NCBI RefSeq assembly: GCF_046290545.1
Contig: NZ_JBKAGV010000005.1
Location: 109,766-173,765 of the forward strand
Source of the DNA: Pikeienuella sp.
Lineage (GTDB): Bacteria > Pseudomonadota > Alphaproteobacteria > Rhodobacterales > Rhodobacteraceae
Length of the DNA stretch: 64,000 nucleotides
Direction of reading: 5' to 3'
Part shown: positions 55,109 through 64,000 of the stretch, one piece after another
Layout: every line of letters begins with the position of its first letter
Position numbering within the stretch: position 1 is the first letter of the stretch
Made by a program: the position numbers and the translations under genes
Notes under the pieces: generated by a model
Seen by the model: only the letters and a program-made list of their open reading frames with translations
What the model was told of the DNA's origin: nothing
Database searches by the model: none

Positions 55109-56158
55109 ATGACCGACGCCTCGCTCCCCGTTCCCGGCCCCTTCGCCGCCCTGCGCCGCGTCGCGAGGGAGCAGCAGGTCTGGCTCGTCTCCGCGCTGAT
55201 CCTTGTCGCGCTCGCCATGTTCGACACGCCTCAGGCCGGGGCGAGCGCGGGCTTCGCCTTCGATGCGCTTCTGAGCACGGGGCCTTACCTCATCCTCTCC
55301 ATCGCCATCGCCGCCTGGGCCGGCGCGACCGGGGCGGACAACCTGATCGCCAAGGCCTTCACCGGCGCGCCGCTCGTGATGATCGGCGTGGCCGCCCTCG
55401 CCGGCGCCATCTCGCCCTTCTGCTCCTGCGGGGTGATCCCGCTGATCGCCGCGCTTCTGGCGATGGGCGTGCCGCTCTCCGCCGTCATGGCCTTCTGGCT
55501 GGCCTCGCCGATCATGGACCCCTCCATGTTCGTGCTGACGGCGGGGGTGCTCGACCTTGAATTCGCCGTGGCCAAGACGCTCGCGGCCATTGGCCTCGGC
55601 GTCTTCGGCGGGCTCGTGGTTCATGTCCTCGCCCGCGGCGGGGCGCTGTCCGATCCTCTGCGCGAGGGCGTAGGCAATGGCGGCTGCGGCGGGGCGCGGG
55701 TGCGCGCGCCGAAGCCGGTCGTCTGGCGGTTCTGGGCGGAGCCGGAGCGGCGCGCGAAATTCGGCAAGAACGCCCTCACGACCACGCTCTTCCTCGCCAA
55801 ATGGCTGACGCTCGCCTTCATCCTCGAAAGCCTGATGCTCGCCTGGATCCCGGCGGAGACGGTGACGGCCGCTCTGGGAGGGCAGGGGCTCCTGCCGATC
55901 CTGACGGCGACGCTGGTGGGCGTGCCGGCCTATCTGAACGGCTACGCCGCGTTGCCGCTGGTCGGCGGCCTGATCGAACAGGGCATGGCGCCGGGCGCCG
56001 GCATGGCCTTCCTCGTCGCCGGCGGCGTCACCTCGATCCCGGCGGCGATGGCGGTCTGGGCGCTGGCGAGGCCGCAGGTCTTCGGCCTCTATATCGGCCT
56101 GTCGCTGACCGGCGCCTTCGCCTCGGGCCTGCTGTTCCAGCTCTGGGCGGCGCTGTGA
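55109..56158 (+). CDS. ArsP/DUF318-family permease
   Basis: SPFCSCGVIP, FWLASP and PAYLNG motifs; multiple TM helices; directly after arsR. Confidence 0.8.
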   Translation: MTDASLPVPGPFAALRRVAREQQVWLVSALILVALAMFDTPQAGASAGFAFDALLSTGPYLILSIAIAAWAGATGADNLIAKAFTGAPLVMIGVAALAGAISPFCSCGVIPLIAALLAMGVPLSAVMAFWLASPIMDPSMFVLTAGVLDLEFAVAKTLAAIGLGVFGGLVVHVLARGGALSDPLREGVGNGGCGGARVRAPKPVVWRFWAEPERRAKFGKNALTTTLFLAKWLTLAFILESLMLAWIPAETVTAALGGQGLLPILTATLVGVPAYLNGYAALPLVGGLIEQGMAPGAGMAFLVAGGVTSIPAAMAVWALARPQVFGLYIGLSLTGAFASGLLFQLWAAL

Positions 56159-56174
56159 AGTCGAAGGCGCGCCG

Positions 56175-57602
<1,428 letters not shown>

Positions 57603-57727
57603 GGCGGGTTCTCCGGCAAAGGCGGGACAGGGGTGAGGCTTCGCCTGGAGTCTAGCCCGGTGCGGGCGGCGCCGCCATCCCTTGCGGCCCCGCGATCTCC
57701 CGGCGCTTGCCTAAGCGTTCGCTTCGG

Positions 57728-57751
57728 CGATATGTTTCTTTGAATATAACC
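57728..57751 (+). promoter_or_regulatory. Candidate ModE/Mop molybdenum box
   Basis: CGATATGT-N8-ATATAACC versus consensus CGNTATAT-N8-ATATANCG (one mismatch per arm), 17 nt upstream of modA. Confidence 0.65.
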
Positions 57752-57768
57752 AGAAGGGGAACTCCCGG

Positions 57769-58533
57769 ATGCCCTCACGCTTCGCCCCCGCCGCGCTCGC
57801 CGCCGCGCTCTGCCTCGGCGCAGCCACCGTCGCGGCGGCGGAGGTGGTCGTCTTCGCCGCCGCCTCGATGAAGACGGCGCTCGACGAGTTCGCGGCGAAG
57901 TGGATGGAGGAGACGGGCCATTCCGTCGTCGTCTCCTATGCCGGGTCGAACGCCCTCGCGCGGCAGATCATCGAGGGCGCCCCGGCGGACATCTTCCTTT
58001 CCGCCGCCGTCGAATGGATGGACGAGGTGGAGAAGGCGGGCCTGCTGGCGGAGGGAACGCGGACCGATCTCTTCGGCAACAGCCTTGTGCTCGTCGCCCA
58101 CGGGAAGGATGTGCCCGCCGTCGCCGTCTGGCCCGGCCTCGACCTTGCGGGAATGCTTGGCGAGGAGAAGCTCGCGATGGCGCTGGTGGAGGCCGTGCCG
58201 GCCGGGCGTTACGGCAAGGCGGCGCTGGTCTCGCTGGGCCTCTGGGAGAGTGTCGCGCCCTCGGTCGCGCAGGCCGACAATGTGCGTGCCGCGCTGGCCC
58301 TCGTCTCCATCGGCGAAGCTCCGTTCGGCGTCGTCTACGCGACCGATGCGGCGGCTGACGACAACGTGTCGGTCGTGGGCGTGTTCCTGGAGGGCAGCCA
58401 CCCGCCCATCGTCTATCCCGGCGCGCTTCTCGCTGATGCGGGGGACGAGGCGGACCGCGCCTTCTTCGCCGCCCTCCGCTCGCCGGAGGCGAAGGCCGCC
58501 TTCGCCGCGCAGGGCTTCGCGATCCTCGACTGA
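57769..58533 (+). CDS. modA: Molybdate ABC transporter substrate-binding protein
   Basis: [55 protein letters not shown] and HPPIVYP. Confidence 0.92.
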   Translation: MPSRFAPAALAAALCLGAATVAAAEVVVFAAASMKTALDEFAAKWMEETGHSVVVSYAGSNALARQIIEGAPADIFLSAAVEWMDEVEKAGLLAEGTRTDLFGNSLVLVAHGKDVPAVAVWPGLDLAGMLGEEKLAMALVEAVPAGRYGKAALVSLGLWESVAPSVAQADNVRAALALVSIGEAPFGVVYATDAAADDNVSVVGVFLEGSHPPIVYPGALLADAGDEADRAFFAALRSPEAKAAFAAQGFAILD

Positions 58534-58676
58534 GCCGCCGATTCCCTGGCGCGCTCGCTTGCGCGGGGAAGGCCCCTCCGCTACCAGACAGGCGCGGGCG
58601 CGCCGCCGGACTTCGCGAGTTCTCGCGCCCCGCGCCGCCCGGGAAGAGAAAGCCGCACGAGCCGCGCGGAGCGCCG

Positions 58677-60854
<2,178 letters not shown>

Positions 60855-61230
60855 GCAAGCGCGGATCTGAACCGTTTGGACGCCCCCTTGCATGGCTTGG
60901 CCGGTGCTCTCCGAGAGCGCCCGGCGGATCAGACCCGCGGCTGATCCGCCCGCGGCCGCCGCCCCCCGGCGGCCGCGTTTCCGCGCCCGCCGCGGCGCCC
61001 GCAGTCAGATATTCGACCGACGCGGCGGCTTGGCGCCCCTCGCCCTGCGGCTTGCGCCTCCGGGCGACGGCCTCTGCGGCCTTCCACTGGAAGGCCGCTT
61101 GCCGAGGCCGGGGAGAGAAACATCAGCCGCGCCTTGCTTCCGCCCGCGCTGATGGCCTGAGCCCTCCTTGCGCGCCGCGCGCCGCCGGACTACTTTTTCC
61201 CGGAAGCGACGCGCATGGGGGTCTTGCCGG

Positions 61231-61464
61231 ATGGCGATGGAGGCGACAGCGATCAAACGGCTCATTCTTGAGGCGTTCCCGACCGCCCGGGTGGAGATCA
61301 CCGACCTCGCCGGAGACGGCGACCATTACGCCGCCACCGTGACGGCGGAGGAATTCCGCGGCCGGAACCGGGTGCAGCAGCACCAGATGGTCTACGCCGC
61401 GCTGAAAGGCCGTATGGGGGGCGAACTCCACGCCCTCGCCCTTACAACCCGCGCCCCCGATTGA
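61231..61464 (+). CDS. BolA/IbaG family protein
   Basis: [23 protein letters not shown] and [10 protein letters not shown]. Confidence 0.92.
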   Translation: MAMEATAIKRLILEAFPTARVEITDLAGDGDHYAATVTAEEFRGRNRVQQHQMVYAALKGRMGGELHALALTTRAPD

Positions 61465-61474
61465 GGAGAGCGAC

Positions 61475-61852
61475 ATGACCACGACGACGACCGACCCGGC
61501 CCACGCCGCCATCAAGGCGGAGATCGACGCGAATGACGTCGTGCTCTTCATGAAGGGCACGAAAACGATGCCGCAATGCGGCTTCTCCAGCCGGGTCGCG
61601 GCGATCCTCAACTACATGGAAGTGCCGTTCAAGGACGTGAACGTCCTCGACGATCCGGCGATCCGCGACGGCGTGAAATCCTTCTCCGACTGGCCGACCA
61701 TCCCGCAGCTCTACGTGAAGGGCGAGTTCGTCGGCGGCTGCGACATCATCACGGAGATGGTGCTCTCGGGTGAGCTGGACGATACCTTCAAGACGAAGGG
61801 CGTCGCCTTCAACGCCGAGGCGGCGGAGAAGATCCGCGAGACGAACGCCTGA
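61475..61852 (+). CDS. grxD: Monothiol glutaredoxin (Grx4)
   Basis: [34 protein letters not shown]. Confidence 0.95.
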   Translation: MTTTTTDPAHAAIKAEIDANDVVLFMKGTKTMPQCGFSSRVAAILNYMEVPFKDVNVLDDPAIRDGVKSFSDWPTIPQLYVKGEFVGGCDIITEMVLSGELDDTFKTKGVAFNAEAAEKIRETNA

Positions 61853-61927
61853 GGGCGCCGGGGCCCCCGGGCCCCTTGCGCCGCGCCCCGCGCCGCCGCA
61901 TGACAGGGCGGGCGGGGAAAGGCGGCG

Positions 61928-62821
61928 ATGAACACGAGACTGGCAGAACCGGCCGCGCCGCCCCTCGCGGGCTACGTCGCGGTCATTCTGGCCGTCGTGA
62001 TCTGGGGCGGCTGGATCGTCGCCACCCGCCTCGCCATGCTGGAGCGGCACGCCCCGCTCGACATCGCGCTCCTCCGCTACGCCACCCCCGCCATCCTCTT
62101 CGCGCCCTACTGGATGCGGAAGGGAATTTTCCCGAAGGGGGAGAAGCCGCTCCTCCTCATCATCATGACGCTGGGCTGGGGCGGGCCCTTCGTCCTCCTC
62201 ATCAGCAAGGGGATGCAATCGGTCGAGGCTTCGCTCTTCGGGCCGCTGGTGCCCGGCCTCCTGCCCATGATTGTCGCGCTCTGGGGCTATTTCGCGGAGG
62301 GGGAGCGCATCCGCCGGGGCCGCATCGTCGGGCTCGTGTTCATCGCGGCCGCGGTGGCGCTGATCCTCGTCCCCGCAACCGTCGAGGGCGATTCGAACCT
62401 CCTCGCGGGCGCACCCTGGCTGCTGACGGCCTGCCTCGGCTGGTCCGCCTTCACCATCGCCTTCCGCAAGACCGGGCTCTCGGGGATCGAGGCGGCGGCC
62501 TATGTCTGCCTCTATTCGACGCCGGTGCTGATCGTCGCCGCGCTCTTCCTCGGCACGGAATTGCAGACCTATCCGGCGCGGGAGGTGGCGTTCCAGGTCG
62601 CCGTGCAGGGCTTCGCCTCGGGGGCCGTCTCCGTCGCCTGCTTCGGCTATGCGGTGAAGGCGCTCGGCCTCGCCCGCGCCTCCGCCTTCACCTCGCTCGT
62701 GCCGGTCATGTCCGCCCTCGGCGGCTGGCTCCTGCTCGGGGAGGTCGTGGGCGCGGCGGGCTGGGCCGCGGCCTTCGCCGCCTGCCTCGGCGTCCTCCTC
62801 GTCAACCGCTACGCGCGCTGA
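61928..62821 (+). CDS. DMT/EamA family transporter
   Basis: About 10 TM helices, LLRY, ARASAF..LVP and LLGE. Confidence 0.85.
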   Translation: MNTRLAEPAAPPLAGYVAVILAVVIWGGWIVATRLAMLERHAPLDIALLRYATPAILFAPYWMRKGIFPKGEKPLLLIIMTLGWGGPFVLLISKGMQSVEASLFGPLVPGLLPMIVALWGYFAEGERIRRGRIVGLVFIAAAVALILVPATVEGDSNLLAGAPWLLTACLGWSAFTIAFRKTGLSGIEAAAYVCLYSTPVLIVAALFLGTELQTYPAREVAFQVAVQGFASGAVSVACFGYAVKALGLARASAFTSLVPVMSALGGWLLLGEVVGAAGWAAAFAACLGVLLVNRYAR

Positions 62822-62824
62822 GGG

Positions 62825-63496
62825 TCAGGAGACGGCGGCGCCCGCGAGCGAGCGGAAGAGCCGCGTTCCGTCCGCCCCGCCGAGCGCCGCGTCAGCCGCG
62901 CGTTCCGGATGCGGCATGAGGCCGAGCACGCGGTGGTTCTCGGAGAGAATCCCGGCAATGGCGTTCATCGAGCCGTTCGGGTTGGCGCCCTGATAGCGGA
63001 AGGCGACGCGCCCCTCGCCTTCGAGCCGCGCCAGCGTCTCCGCATCCGCGACGAAATTGCCGTCATGATGGGCGACGGGGAAGGTCACCGTCTCGCCCTC
63101 CCGGTATTCCGCGGTGAAGGGGCTCGCGGACGTCTCCACCTTCAGCGCCACGTCGCGGCAGATGAAGGCGAGGCCCGCATTCCGCATCAGCGCGCCGGGG
63201 AGCAGCCCGGCCTCGATCAGCACCTGAAAGCCGTTGCAGATCCCGAGGACCGGCCCGCCCTTCTGCGCGAAGGCGGAGACGGCGCCCATGATCGGGGAGC
63301 GCGCTGCGATCGCGCCGCAGCGGAGATAATCCCCGAAGGAAAAGCCGCCCGGCACGCCGATCACGTCGAGCCCTTCGGGCAACGCCGTATCCTTGTGCCA
63401 GACCATCGCCGGCGCCGCGCCGAAGGCGTTGCGGAAGGCGACGGCGAGGTCGCGGTCGCAGTTCGATCCGGGAAAGACGATGACGGCGGCCTTCAT
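62825..63496 (-). CDS. purQ: Phosphoribosylformylglycinamidine synthase subunit PurQ
   Basis: [33 protein letters not shown] and LMPHPER. Confidence 0.97.
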   Translation of the reverse strand: MKAAVIVFPGSNCDRDLAVAFRNAFGAAPAMVWHKDTALPEGLDVIGVPGGFSFGDYLRCGAIAARSPIMGAVSAFAQKGGPVLGICNGFQVLIEAGLLPGALMRNAGLAFICRDVALKVETSASPFTAEYREGETVTFPVAHHDGNFVADAETLARLEGEGRVAFRYQGANPNGSMNAIAGILSENHRVLGLMPHPERAADAALGGADGTRLFRSLAGAAVS

Positions 63497-63503
63497 CGCC
63501 CCC

Positions 63504-63743
63504 TCACTCGATCTCGACGCGGAAGGTCTCGATCACGGTGTTGGCGAGGAGCTTCTCGCACATCGCCCGCGCCGTCGCCTCCGCCGCGCCCCGGTCCGTC
63601 TCGGCGAGGTCGAGCTCCAGGTATTTCCCCTGCCGCACCGCCTCGACGCCCGCGAAGCCGAGCGCGCCGAGCGCGTGGCGCACCGCCTCGCCCTGCGGGT
63701 CGAGCACGCCGGGCTTCAGGGTGACGTGAATCTTCGCCTTCAT
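63504..63743 (-). CDS. purS: Phosphoribosylformylglycinamidine synthase subunit PurS
   Basis: [18 protein letters not shown]...RQGK...[12 protein letters not shown]. Confidence 0.97.
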   Translation of the reverse strand: MKAKIHVTLKPGVLDPQGEAVRHALGALGFAGVEAVRQGKYLELDLAETDRGAAEATARAMCEKLLANTVIETFRVEIE

Positions 63744-63766
63744 GCCAGTCCTCTGAATTCGCGCTC

Positions 63767-64000
63767 TCAATGCACCAGTTTCGGCCCGGAGCGGGGCTTC
63801 GTCGCGTTCTGCGGCAGGATGCCGAGCCGCTTCGCCACCTCGCTGTAGGCGTCCGTGAGCGAGCCCAGATCGCGGCGGAACACGTCCTTGTCGAGCTTCC
63901 GGCCCGTCTCGATGTCCCAGAGCCGGCAGCTGTCGGGGCTGATCTCGTCCGCCACGATGATGCGCTGGAAGTCCCCGTCCCAGATCCGCCCGGTCTCGAT
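63767..64000 (-). CDS. purC: SAICAR synthetase (5' part outside window)
   Basis: [16 protein letters not shown]...[21 protein letters not shown]. Confidence 0.95.
   Translation of the reverse strand: METGRIWDGDFQRIIVADEISPDSCRLWDIETGRKLDKDVFRRDLGSLTDAYSEVAKRLGILPQNATKPRSGPKLVH

Noticed and set aside
58597-58612. Shared 15-mer GCGCGCCGCCGGACT upstream of purL and bolA (about 61179)
   Set aside because: Almost all G/C, not palindromic, and plausible by chance or as part of a promoter spacer; insufficient to call a regulatory site
60892-61152. 86-aa ORF between purL and bolA
   Set aside because: Low-complexity Ala/Arg/Pro sequence with no RBS or motif; it overlaps the hairpin array that better explains the region

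Overview
High-GC alphaproteobacterial chromosome segment, most consistent with a marine Rhodobacterales (Roseobacter/Paracoccus-related) organism. Support comes from dddP, a zeta-type ATPase inhibitor, a roseobacter-style degenerate PPDK and GTTC-N7-GTTC LexA logic. About 60 protein genes and one tRNA-Arg(CCT) are visible. Housekeeping genes: ctpA (partial), rppH, parE, rpsF-rpsR-rplI, trpE, purB, purL, purQ-purS-purC (partial), folB, ppk2, bolA-grxD, an Arg/Leu transferase and modA. Transport and accessory genes: a peptide/nickel-family ABC transporter with an ALDH, a TRAP system with two head-to-head binding-protein paralogues, a CheB/CheR/PAS fusion, an RTX metalloprotease, an S8 protease, arsR-arsP and a CPA2 antiporter/USP pair. 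I found no integrase, transposase, CRISPR array, rRNA or intact prophage. The most interesting observations are: (i) an OxyR-like LysR lacking the redox cysteines, facing a perfect ATAG-N7-CTAT operator and two tiny proteins, one missed by the ORF track; (ii) a PPDK homologue with intact phospho-His and PEP domains but a degenerate ATP-grasp domain; (iii) an uncharacterised membrane protein paired with a Tat-exported His-His protein; (iv) a LexA-boxed, probably leaderless radical-SAM gene; (v) a decayed Rhs toxin core next to an AT-rich palindrome; (vi) two multi-hairpin intergenic regions sharing a covarying stem. Family assignments come from motif recognition by eye; no database search was run.
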